A DNA stretch of 64,000 bases from positions 256,001 through 320,000 of the forward strand of contig CAWAWS010000020.1 of the NCBI GenBank assembly GCA_963785725.1, in the 5' to 3' direction. Every line of letters starts with the position of its first letter. Positions within the stretch are counted from its first letter, which is position 1. This DNA is from an uncultured delta proteobacterium. Lineage in GTDB: Bacteria > Myxococcota_A > Polyangia > Palsa-1104. The position numbers and the translations under genes are program-made. The notes beneath the pieces were generated by a model, which was given only the letters and a program-made list of their open reading frames with translations, searched no databases and was not told the origin of the DNA. Of this stretch, positions 9,425 through 21,689 are shown piece after piece.

Positions 9425-9973
9425 ATGAGCCCGCCCCTCGACGACCTCGTGCGCCGCCTGCGCCTCGCGCCGCATCCCGAAGGCGGCTGGTTTCGCGAGC
9501 TCTATCGCGACGACGCCGTCACCACCATCTACTACGTCATGGCGCCGCGCGGGCTGTCGCCGCTGCATCGCCTGCGCACGCGCAGTGAGCTGTGGCACTT
9601 CTACGGCGGGGCTGCCGTCGAGCTGCACACCATCGTCGAGAATGGCGGCGACGCCGACGTTCGGACAGACGCGACAGCTCGTGCAAAATCTGTAAACCCC
9701 GTAAACATCGCTGATGACGGCCGGGAAGCGGCTGAGCCGAGCGCGGGCGGCGCCATCCATCGCGTCGCCCTGTTGTCGCCCGATGCGCCGCTGGCGGTCG
9801 TGCCGCCCGGCGTGTGGCAGGCGGCGCGCGTCCTCGGCGACGAGCCGGCGCTGCTCGGCTGCACCGTCGCGCCGGCGTTCGACTTCGCCGACTGGCAGAT
9901 GCCGTCACGCGCCGAGCTGCTCGCGCGCCTGCCCACGCACGCCGCGCTCGTCGCGGCGCTGACCCGCCCGTGA
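9425..9973 (+). CDS. Cupin_5 (DUF985-type) protein with an in-frame insertion
   Basis: LRLAPHPEGGWFRE, TTIYY, LHRL, ELWHFYGG, VPPGVWQAA, GCTVAPAFDF. Confidence 0.87.
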   Translation: MSPPLDDLVRRLRLAPHPEGGWFRELYRDDAVTTIYYVMAPRGLSPLHRLRTRSELWHFYGGAAVELHTIVENGGDADVRTDATARAKSVNPVNIADDGREAAEPSAGGAIHRVALLSPDAPLAVVPPGVWQAARVLGDEPALLGCTVAPAFDFADWQMPSRAELLARLPTHAALVAALTRP

Positions 9974-12624
9974 GGCGCGCCGCTGCGCCGCTCGTCGCGC
10001 TCGCGCTCGTCGTTGCCTCGTCCGCGGCGCGGGCGCAGCCGGTGGCGACGCCGACCGGCCCATTGACGTCGCCGCCGCCGGCCGCGCCGCCGCCGCAGCT
10101 CGACAAGGCGCCCAAGCTCTTGCGCTTCGTCGAGGCCGAGCCGCCGGCGGCGCTGGCCGAGCGACGGCAAGTCGACGTCGTCCTCGGCATCGACGTCGAC
10201 GAGAGTGGCAAGGTGACGGCGCTCGTCGTGCTCGAGTCGGGCGGCGCCGAGTTCGACGCCGCCGCCGTCGCCGCCGTGCACCAATTCGAGTTCGCGCCCG
10301 GTGAATCCGCGGGAAAGCCCGTGCCAGTGCGCATTACCTACCGTTATCGGTTCCTCTATAAACCGCCCGCGCCTCCGCCGAAGCCGGCCCCAGACGCGGC
10401 GAACGCGGCGGTTTCGACGGCGCCGCCCGTCGACAGCGTGCCCGTCGTCGGCCGCGTGCTGCGCCAAGGCGATCGCCAGCCGCTCGGCGGCCTCACCGTC
10501 GCCATCGACGACGGCGCGCTCTCGATCGCGACCAACGCCGACGGCCGCTTCCAGTTTCCCGCCGTCCCCGTCGGCGCGCACACCCTCGTCGTCGTCGGGC
10601 CCGACATCGCGCGCAGCGAATTCAAAGTGACGCTCAAGCACGATAAGCAGCTGACGGCGACCTGGTATGTCGCGGGCCGCCAGCGCTACACGTCGCGCGT
10701 TCGCGCGCAGCGCGCGGTCGTGGAGACGGTCGAGCAATCGCTCTCCGGCGACGAGCTGCGCCACATCCCCGGCACCCAAGGCGACACGTTGAAAGCCGTC
10801 CAGAACCTGCCCGGCGTCGCGCGCGCGCCCTTTGGCGGCGGCCAGATCATCGTCTGGGGCTCATCCCCGCAAGATACGCGTACGTATGTGGACGGCGTCT
10901 ACATTCCCACGCTCTTCCACTTCGGCGGCCTGCGCTCGACGGTGAACAGCGAGATGGTCGAAGGGCTGCAATTCCTGCCCGGCGGCTACGGCGTCGACCA
11001 CGGCCGCGGCATGGGCGGCGTCATCGAAGTCGAGACGCGCGCGCCGCGCAAAGACGGCTTTCACGGCTTCGTGCAGCTCGATCTCATCGACGGCTCGCTC
11101 ATGCTCGAAGGTCCGATTACGAAGAACCTGTCCTTCGCCGTTGCCGCGCGCCGCAGCTGGATCGACGCCATTTTACCGATATTCACCACCAACAATTTCC
11201 AGCTCTCGCCGGTCTATTACGATTATCAGGCCAAGCTGCGTTGGCGCGCCTCTTCACGCGACGACGTCGACGTCTTCATCTTCGGCAGCGACGACGTCGT
11301 CAAGCTGGCGCTCAAAGGCGGCTCCGATCCGAGCTTACAAGCCGCGTTCGCGTCGCATACGTTTTATCACCGCATCTTGGCGCGTTGGCAGCATCGCTTT
11401 GCCAGTCGCGGCGTCCTGACGGTCACGCCCTCGATCGGTTACGACGTTCCTTTCGAGTTCAAAGCGAACATCGGCAATGTCGCGGTCTCGGTCGATGCCG
11501 CGACGTTCGAATACAACTTACGATCGACGTTTCGCCAGCCGCTGACACGCTCGTTGCGGCTCGACGTCGGTCTCGACTTCGAGGGCAATCGTTATTACTT
11601 GTCGGCCGACGCCCCGCAAGGCGGCCAGCCGCGTGAAGGCAGCAGCGGCGCCGGATTCGGAAGCGGCTTCGCCTCCGATCGCGAGACGCTCGATCAATTG
11701 ACGGTCGCGCCTTATATCGCGCTCGATTTCTCGCCCATCAAGAACCTGCATATCACGCCGCAAATGCGCTTCGAGCTCTATGACTTTCGCGGCTATCAAG
11801 CGTCGCCTTACAACTTCGACCACTTTTACTACTTGTCCGAGCCGCGTTTGAGCGCGCGCTATCAGATCAATCGCTGGGCGGCGGTGAAATTCGCGCTCGG
11901 CGTCTATCATCAACCGCCCGATCCGGGCTCGTTCTTGCGCTCGTTCGGTAACCCCAAAGTCATTCCGCAATATGCCTGGCATTATGTCGTCGGCGCCGAC
12001 TTCGATCCGACGGCGACGCTTCACATCGAGCTCGAAGGGTTTTACAAAGACCTGCGCAACCTCGTCGTCAACGGCGAAAACGTCGGCGATCCGACGCTCA
12101 CCAATGACGGAATCGGACGCGTCTACGGCGGCGAAGTGTTATTGCGCCAAGAGCTGTTCAAAGGATTCTTCGGCTGGGTCTCTTACACGTTGTCGCGCTC
12201 GGAGCGTAAGGATCACGCCGATCAGCCGTGGCGCGTATTCCAATACGATCAAACGCATATCCTGACCATCATCGGCAGCTATAAATTCGGCCGCGGATAT
12301 CAGGTCGGCCTGCGCTTCCGCTATGTCACCGGCAATCCGTATACGCCGGTCGTCGGCGCCTTTTACGACTCGAACGAGAACTCTTATACGCCGCAGAACG
12401 CCCCGATTTATTCCGGGCGGCTCGGCGCATTCAATCAGCTCGACGTTCGTTTCGACAAGAAGTGGACCTTCAATCGCTGGGCGCTGAGCATGTATGTCGA
12501 TATTCAAAACCTGTATAACGCCAGCAACCCCGAAGGATATACGTACAATTATAATTATACGCAGCGGCAATCGATATCGGGATTGCCGTTCTTGCCGGTC
12601 TACGGCATTCGCGGGGACTTCTAA
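9970..12624 (+). CDS. TonB-dependent receptor with N-terminal TonB-C and carboxypeptidase-regulatory-like domains
   Basis: GTG overlaps the cupin stop; signal peptide; FDAAAVAAVHQFEFAPG (TonB-C); plug IPGTQGDTLKAVQNLPGV; beta-barrel ending GIRGDF. Confidence 0.9.
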   Translation: MRRAAAPLVALALVVASSAARAQPVATPTGPLTSPPPAAPPPQLDKAPKLLRFVEAEPPAALAERRQVDVVLGIDVDESGKVTALVVLESGGAEFDAAAVAAVHQFEFAPGESAGKPVPVRITYRYRFLYKPPAPPPKPAPDAANAAVSTAPPVDSVPVVGRVLRQGDRQPLGGLTVAIDDGALSIATNADGRFQFPAVPVGAHTLVVVGPDIARSEFKVTLKHDKQLTATWYVAGRQRYTSRVRAQRAVVETVEQSLSGDELRHIPGTQGDTLKAVQNLPGVARAPFGGGQIIVWGSSPQDTRTYVDGVYIPTLFHFGGLRSTVNSEMVEGLQFLPGGYGVDHGRGMGGVIEVETRAPRKDGFHGFVQLDLIDGSLMLEGPITKNLSFAVAARRSWIDAILPIFTTNNFQLSPVYYDYQAKLRWRASSRDDVDVFIFGSDDVVKLALKGGSDPSLQAAFASHTFYHRILARWQHRFASRGVLTVTPSIGYDVPFEFKANIGNVAVSVDAATFEYNLRSTFRQPLTRSLRLDVGLDFEGNRYYLSADAPQGGQPREGSSGAGFGSGFASDRETLDQLTVAPYIALDFSPIKNLHITPQMRFELYDFRGYQASPYNFDHFYYLSEPRLSARYQINRWAAVKFALGVYHQPPDPGSFLRSFGNPKVIPQYAWHYVVGADFDPTATLHIELEGFYKDLRNLVVNGENVGDPTLTNDGIGRVYGGEVLLRQELFKGFFGWVSYTLSRSERKDHADQPWRVFQYDQTHILTIIGSYKFGRGYQVGLRFRYVTGNPYTPVVGAFYDSNENSYTPQNAPIYSGRLGAFNQLDVRFDKKWTFNRWALSMYVDIQNLYNASNPEGYTYNYNYTQRQSISGLPFLPVYGIRGDF

Positions 12625-13487
12625 TGCGCCTGCCTCTTTCGTTGATCGTGGCGCCTTTCGTTTTCACGCTATTTGGCTGCAGCAACAACTTCGATCCGCA
12701 GTCGTATATCGCCGACCTGCGGCTCATCGCGGTCACGGCCGATCCGCCCGATATTCCGCCGGGCGCGACGTCGACGCTGACGGCGACGTGGGCCAACCCC
12801 GGCGGCGCCGCGCCGGCGTTTGCGTGGGCGGCGTGCCTCGATCCGCCGTCGCCGACGTCGGGCGACATCAATCCGGCGTGCGCCGCGAGCGACATGGGCG
12901 CGTCCTTCATCCCGCTCGCGGGCAGCGCGCCGACGGTGACGGTGACGATGCCGACGTTGACGATGACCGAGCTCGGCCTGCCCGATCCGAGCGGCGGCTT
13001 TTATCTTCCCGTGCGCGCGATCATGACGGCGGGAAATCAGGAGCTGACGGCGTTTTATCGACTGCGTTATTTCTTTGGCACCTTGTCGCCCAACCCGCCC
13101 AATCAGAATCCGACATTGATGGACGTGTATACGATTCCCGAGGCCGACGCCGGCGCCGCCGAGCAGACGACGCTCGGGCCCGACGACGCCCCCGACGTGC
13201 ACGCGGGCGACAAGCTGCATTTGCGCGCCGTGCTCACGCCGGGCAGCCAAGAGATGTATATCGACCCGCTGCAGGGAACGACGCCGATTACGGAGATTGT
13301 GACGATCTCTTGGTACACGACGGCGGGCACGTTCAATCACGACGTCACCGGGCAGGCCGAGCCGGATACGACGTTGACGTTCGATAAGCATTTGCCGTCG
13401 TCGGGCAGCGCGGTGCAGCTGTGGATCGTCGCGCAAGACGAGCGCGGCGGCACGAATGTCCTGCAGCGGCAGCTCACGTTCCGCTAA
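12624..13487 (+). CDS. TBDR-associated lipoprotein
   Basis: Lipobox LFGC, FDPQSYIADLRLIAVTADPP, C-terminal WIVAQDERGG; start overlaps the TBDR stop. Confidence 0.8.
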   Translation: MRLPLSLIVAPFVFTLFGCSNNFDPQSYIADLRLIAVTADPPDIPPGATSTLTATWANPGGAAPAFAWAACLDPPSPTSGDINPACAASDMGASFIPLAGSAPTVTVTMPTLTMTELGLPDPSGGFYLPVRAIMTAGNQELTAFYRLRYFFGTLSPNPPNQNPTLMDVYTIPEADAGAAEQTTLGPDDAPDVHAGDKLHLRAVLTPGSQEMYIDPLQGTTPITEIVTISWYTTAGTFNHDVTGQAEPDTTLTFDKHLPSSGSAVQLWIVAQDERGGTNVLQRQLTFR

Positions 13488-13520
13488 ACAGTGTCCCTTG
13501 GCTTGTGAGCGATCGCGACG

Positions 13521-14306
13521 TCAGCGCGGGCGGAAGCTGGCGAGCAGCTCTTTGCCTTGGCGGCCGGCGACGGAGTCGGTCGGCACGCTGAGCTGCACCA
13601 GCGTGAAGCGCGCCGCGAATAGCCGCTGCAGCTCGTCGGCGTCGACGGAGAATGGCGGGCCGCCGCTGCCGCCGTGCGTGCGGAAGAGGCCGACGAGCTC
13701 GCCGCCGGGCCGCAGCACGCGCGCCGCCACCGCGACGTAAGCGGCGCGCCGGCTGGGCTCGATGGCGCAGAAGCAGCAATGCTCGACGACGAGATCGTAG
13801 CGGCCGCGATCGGGGATATCGTCGTCGCCGCCGAGCGTGAACAGGTCTTGCCGGCGGAAGTCGATGGCCATGCCGGCGGGCGTCAACCGGCGCGCCTCGG
13901 CGATGGCGTCGGCCGCGAAGTCGACGGCCACCACTTCGGCGCCGCGCGACGCCAACAGGCGCGCCTCGTGACCACGCCCGCAGCCGACGACGAGCGCGCG
14001 TTTGCCCGCCGGCGACGCGCGATCGAACCAGCGTTCCAACGGCGGCGCGGCGCGCATCAGCTCCCAACCGGTCTGCTGCTGCGCGTACAGCGACTGCCAG
14101 AACTCGGGCTGCGACGGCGTCTCCGCCGGCTGCAGACGCGGCCCGCGGATGACGTTCGTCGCCGCGCGCACGGCGTCGTCGGCGGCCGCGCTCACGGCCG
14201 CGAAGTCGCCGCCGGTGAGCGTGATGGTGCGCTCGCCGGCGGCGTCGACGATGGTGACCTCGGCGCGCTGTTTGTCGAACTGCAGGTCGAGGCGGCGGAC
14301 GTCCAA
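13521..14306 (-). CDS. SAM-dependent methyltransferase (thiopurine/thiol MT-like) with N-terminal extension
   Basis: FWQSLY...WEL, RALVVGCGRGHEA, VAVDFA, EHCCFCAIEP, GGPPF. Confidence 0.85.
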   Translation of the reverse strand: MDVRRLDLQFDKQRAEVTIVDAAGERTITLTGGDFAAVSAAADDAVRAATNVIRGPRLQPAETPSQPEFWQSLYAQQQTGWELMRAAPPLERWFDRASPAGKRALVVGCGRGHEARLLASRGAEVVAVDFAADAIAEARRLTPAGMAIDFRRQDLFTLGGDDDIPDRGRYDLVVEHCCFCAIEPSRRAAYVAVAARVLRPGGELVGLFRTHGGSGGPPFSVDADELQRLFAARFTLVQLSVPTDSVAGRQGKELLASFRPR

Positions 14307-14307
14307 A

Positions 14308-17075
<2,768 letters not shown>

Positions 17076-17224
17076 GCGCTTCCTCTTAACGTTCAGTTCG
17101 CGAGCGTGCAAACAAGATTGGTTCAACCATTTCGCGCAGCCGAGATGCGCGAACGCGCGCCGCCAAGCTATCACAAGACGCCGGCCGCGTAAGCGCCATA
17201 CACTGCTCGTGTTTGACGGTTACG

Positions 17225-18583
17225 CTAGACGCGCGCGATCGGCCGGGACGAGAGCGCGAAAAAGCGCCCGATCAGCCCGACGGCGACCGCGGTCAGGCCG
17301 AGCGACAGGCCCCACCACAAGCCGGGCGCGCCCCAGCCGAAGCCGAAGCCGAGCACGAGGGCGACCGGCAGCCCGAGCAGCCAGTGGCCGACGAGGTTGG
17401 CCCACAAAGGCGCGTGCGGATCGCCGGCGCCGCGCAGCGCGCCCGACGCGACCGCTTGCAGGCCGTCGCTGATCTCGAAGACGGCGCAGATGCGAATGAG
17501 CGGCACGGCGGCGCTGATGACGGCGTCGTCGTTGGTCAGGCCGTGGGCCAGCCAGGCGGGCACGCTGAAGAAGCCGGCGGCGGCCGTCATCATGAACACC
17601 GCCGACGTCGCGAGGCCAACGACGGCGGCGTGGCGGGCGGCGGGCGTGTCGCCGGCGCCGATGTGCATGCCGACGCGCACCGACGTCGCGGCGCCGATGC
17701 CGAGGGTGACGCAGAAGGTGACGCTGGCCATGGTGATGGCGACTTGGTGCGCGGCGGCGACGTCGGCGCCGAGGCGGCCGGTGAGCACGCCGACCAGCGA
17801 GAAGACGCCGACCTCGGCGACGATTTGCGCGCTCATCGGCGCGCCCAGCCGCAAGATGGCGCGCACGAGCGCACGGTCGAAGCGGCGGCGCAGCGGATCG
17901 GGCGGCGTGGCCGTCGCGGCGACGGCGCGCGCGAGCACGAGCACCATCGCCAGCGACGAGAACGTCGACGCCCACGCGGCGCCGGCGACGCCCAGGGCCG
18001 GCAGCCCGAGGCGCGGCAAGCCGAGGCGCGCAAGGCCGTCGTCGCCGTAAATGAGCAGATAATTGCCGACGAAATTGGCGATGTTGCCGTAGATCGTCGC
18101 GCTGACGATGGGCCGCGTCACGCCGTGCGCTTGCAGGTAGGAGCGCTGGGCGCTGAAGACGAGGAACGGCACGATGTTGAGCGAGCGCGCCCACAGATAG
18201 TCGCGCGCTTCGTGGCAGGTGGCCGGGTCGACGCCGAACGCCGGCAGCCACAGCGGCGTCACGGCGAAGAGGACGAGCAGCGGCAGCGAGATGCCGATGG
18301 CGACGCGCACGCCTTGCCACAGGAGGCGGCGCGTGCGGATGAATTCGCGGGCGCCATAGGCTTGCGCGACGGGCGCTTCGATGCCCATGACGGCGCCGAG
18401 GCCGAGACAGCTGATGGTGAAGAAGATGCCGTTGCCGATGCCGACGCCGGCCAGCGAGGGCGCGCCGAGGCGGCCGACCATCGCGGTGTCGACGACGCTC
18501 ATGAATTGGTTGCCGGCGTAGCCGAGGATGAGCGGCGCCGAGAGCTGGAGCAGCGCGCGCAGCTCGCCGTCGCGGTCGCGCAT
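17225..18583 (-). CDS. MATE-family efflux transporter (NorM-like)
   Basis: About 12 hydrophobic segments; VDTAMVGRLG, AQAYGA, AAHQVA, DGLQAVASGALRGAGD. Confidence 0.92.
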   Translation of the reverse strand: MRDRDGELRALLQLSAPLILGYAGNQFMSVVDTAMVGRLGAPSLAGVGIGNGIFFTISCLGLGAVMGIEAPVAQAYGAREFIRTRRLLWQGVRVAIGISLPLLVLFAVTPLWLPAFGVDPATCHEARDYLWARSLNIVPFLVFSAQRSYLQAHGVTRPIVSATIYGNIANFVGNYLLIYGDDGLARLGLPRLGLPALGVAGAAWASTFSSLAMVLVLARAVAATATPPDPLRRRFDRALVRAILRLGAPMSAQIVAEVGVFSLVGVLTGRLGADVAAAHQVAITMASVTFCVTLGIGAATSVRVGMHIGAGDTPAARHAAVVGLATSAVFMMTAAAGFFSVPAWLAHGLTNDDAVISAAVPLIRICAVFEISDGLQAVASGALRGAGDPHAPLWANLVGHWLLGLPVALVLGFGFGWGAPGLWWGLSLGLTAVAVGLIGRFFALSSRPIARV

Positions 18584-18661
18584 GCCGGGCACTCTACGGC
18601 CGCGCCGCGCGCCTGTCCACGGCGACGGCGGCGGCGTCACGCGCGGCGAGATCGCGAGCGG

Positions 18662-19574
18662 TCAAACCGCTTCGAAGGCGACGTTGCGATGGCCGAAGTC
18701 GAAGCGGTCGCCATGCAGCAGCTCGACCAGAATCTCCAGCGACTCGACGACGCGCGGGCCGGGGCGATTGAAGTATTGGTTGCCGTCGGCGACGAAGACG
18801 CGGCCGTGGCGAACGGCCGACAGCCGCGACCACGCGGGCTCGCGCTGCAGCAAGGGAAGGTCGCGACGCGCGCGCTCGAGGTCCCAGCCGCACGGGACGA
18901 CGAGGATGACGTCGGGATCGCGCGCCACGAGCTCGGCGAACGAGAGCCACGGCGAGTGCGCGCCGGCGACGCCGAACAGGTTGTCGCCGCCGGCCAGCTC
19001 CACCAGCGTCGGCATCCAGTTGCCGCCGGCCATGAGCGGCGTCACCCACTCGATGGTCGCCACCGTCGGCCGTCGCGCGACGGCGCCGACGCGGGCGCCG
19101 ATCGCCGCCAGGCGCGACTGCAGCGCGGCCACCAGCGCCCGACCGCGCTCGGCCACGTCCAGCGCGTCGGCGACGCGGCCGATGTCACGCCAAATGTCGT
19201 CGAGCGAATTGGGCGCGAGCGAGACGATGCGCGGCCGCGAGCCGACCATCCGGCAGACGGCCGCCTCCACGTCGCGCGTCGTGACCGCGCACACGTCGCA
19301 CTGGGCCTGCGTGACGATGAGGTCCGGCGCCAGCGTGTCGAGCAGCGCCGCGTCGACGCGATAGATCGACAACCCTTCGGCGACGATGGCTTTGATCCGC
19401 TCGTCGATCTGGTAGCTGCTGCCGTCGAGCGCGAATTTGGGCGCGGTCAGCGACGGCAGGCTGCGCACGTCAGCCGGGAAGTCACACTCGTGCGAGCGAC
19501 CGACGAGGAGGCTCGCGTCCGCCGAGCGCGCAGACAATCTCGGTGGACGCCGGCAGCAACGAGACGACGCGCAT
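18662..19574 (-). CDS. Periplasmic binding protein (BtuF/cobalamin-Fe3+ class), one frameshift near 19515
   Basis: MRVVSLLPASTEIVCALG then shifted LVGRSHECDFP, PDLIVTQAQCDVCAV, DGNQYFNRPGPR. Confidence 0.85.
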
Positions 19575-19659
19575 CCCGCTGATTTAGCACGCGCCTTGCC
19601 GCAATGGGTCGCACGCGGCGCGCCGCCGGCGATCCGGCGAGCGCGAAGCCCGCGGGCGA

Positions 19660-21527
19660 CTACGCGTAGCCTTGCGCCTGCAGCGAGAACAGGTGCGCGT
19701 AGCGCGCGCCGGCGGCGACGAGCTCGGCGTGCGAGCCGTCCTCGGCCACGCGCCCGCCTTCGAGGACGAGGATGCGATCGGCCATGCGCACCGTCGAGAA
19801 GCGGTGCGAGATGAGGAACGTCGTGCGCCCCGCGGCCAGCGTGCGGAAGCGCTCGAAGATGGCGTGCTCGGCCTCGGCGTCGAGCGCGGCCGTCGGCTCG
19901 TCGAGGACGAGGATGTCGGCCTCCTCGCGCATGAACGCGCGCGCGAGCGCGATCTTCTGCCACTGCCCGCCCGACAGCTCGACGCCGTCGTGCGCCCACT
20001 TGCCGAGCTTCGTGCCGAGCCCTTCGGCGAGGCCGGCGACGACCTCGTCGGCGCCGCCGCGCTCGGCCGCGCGCGTCGATGCGCGGCTCCTCGGTCAGGT
20101 GCGGCAGCGAGCCGACGCCGACGTTATCGCGCACGTCGAACTGGTACTCGTTGAAGTCCTGGAAGATGACGGCGACGCGCGCGCGCAGCTTATCGATGTC
20201 CCAGTCGCGCAAATCGACGCCGTCGATGAGGACGCGGCCCTCGGTCGGCTCGTAAAGGCGCGTCAGCAGCTTGATGAGCGTCGTTTTGCCGGCGCCGTTC
20301 GCGCCCGACCAGCGCCACCGACTGCCCGCGCGGAACGAAGAAGCTGATATGTCGCAGCGCCCATTTCTCGACCGAATGACCATTCTCGCTCGGCGCCATC
20401 GGATAACGAAAGCCGACGTCATCGAAGCGAATGCCGGCCTCGCCTGCCGTCGCTGGATACTTCGGCGGCCCGATCGCGGAATCGGGCGTAACCGCGATCG
20501 AAAGATATTCGAACAGGTTCGACATATATAACGTGTCTTCGTACATTCCACCGATGGCGCCCAATACCGACTGAAACGCCTGTTGACCTTGGCGGAAGGC
20601 GACGACATAGAGCGTCAGGTTGCCGAGCGTAATCTTTGCCGTCGCTGCGGCCAGCGCCATGCCGGCATAACAGAGGTAGAACGCCGCCGTACCCAATAAC
20701 GACAATAACAAGGCCCAACCGGCGCGTTTCCCGGCCAGCGATTGATCTTCCTGAAATATCTTTTCGGCGAGCGCGCGATAGCGTCCGAGCAGCGTCGGTC
20801 CGAGGTTGAAGAGCTTGACCTCTTTGACGTGACCGTCGTTCGACAGCACGTATTCGAGATAATTGAGCTGCCGCGCCTCGGGCGAGCGCCAGTTGCGCAG
20901 CCGGAACGCCGAGCGCGAGAACCACATCTCGACCGCCGCCGCCGGCACCGACGCCGCGAACAGCGCCAGCGCCGCCCAGCGCGAATAACGCAGAATCAGC
21001 GCCAAATAGCCGATGAGCGTCAGCGAGTTCTGCACCAGCTGAAAGCCTTCGGTGACGACGCTGACCGGGCGAAACGAGGCTTCGCGGCGCGCTTTGACGA
21101 GGCTGTCGTAGAAGCGGCCATCTTCGAAATGGCGCAGCTCGAGCGTGAGCGCCTTTTCCAGGATGCGCACGTTGATGTCGACGGCGAGGCGGGCGCCGAG
21201 CAGCGAGCGCACGAAGGCGAGCCCGCGCTGCGTGAGCGCTTGCGCGGCGACGATGGCGAGCTCGATGATGACCCAGTGCATCGTCTTCGGCGTCGAAAGG
21301 GCGACGACGGCGTCGACGATCCCCTTGCCGGCGTAGGCGATGCCGAGCGGCAGCACGGCGGAGACGAGCGTCAGGCCGGCGAGAATGAGCGTCAGGCCCG
21401 GTGACGAGTGCCAGACGAGGATCAGCGTTCGCCAGGTCAGCCGCATGCCGTCGACGGCTTGGCGGCGCGCGCGCGTGAACGTGAACGGCGGGCGGTTCGT
21501 CGTGGCGGTGAAGCGCGGCGGCGGCAT
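19660..21527 (-). CDS. ABC transporter permease/ATP-binding fusion, frameshifts near 20305 and 20075
   Basis: TM domain, GANGAGKTT, IFQDF, ELSGGQWQKIALARAF, LDEPT, ISHRFSTVRMAD. Confidence 0.9.
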
Positions 21528-21689
21528 CGGACAGAAGCTAAGTCGCGGCGACGGCGGTTGCCAGCCAGATCGGCGGCCCGACGCGCGATGACGCCGACCG
21601 CGGCCCGCCGACTCGCGACCGATTCGCTCGCCGGCGGCGCATCGTCGACCGTCGCATCGCTCGATCCGATGATGCTATGGTTCGGCGCC

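Noticed and set aside
18662..20608. Apparent 648-aa fusion of ABC ATPase and periplasmic binding protein
   Set aside because: Produced by frameshifts; the binding protein has its own start (MRVVSLLP at 19574) and the ABC gene stops at 19660.
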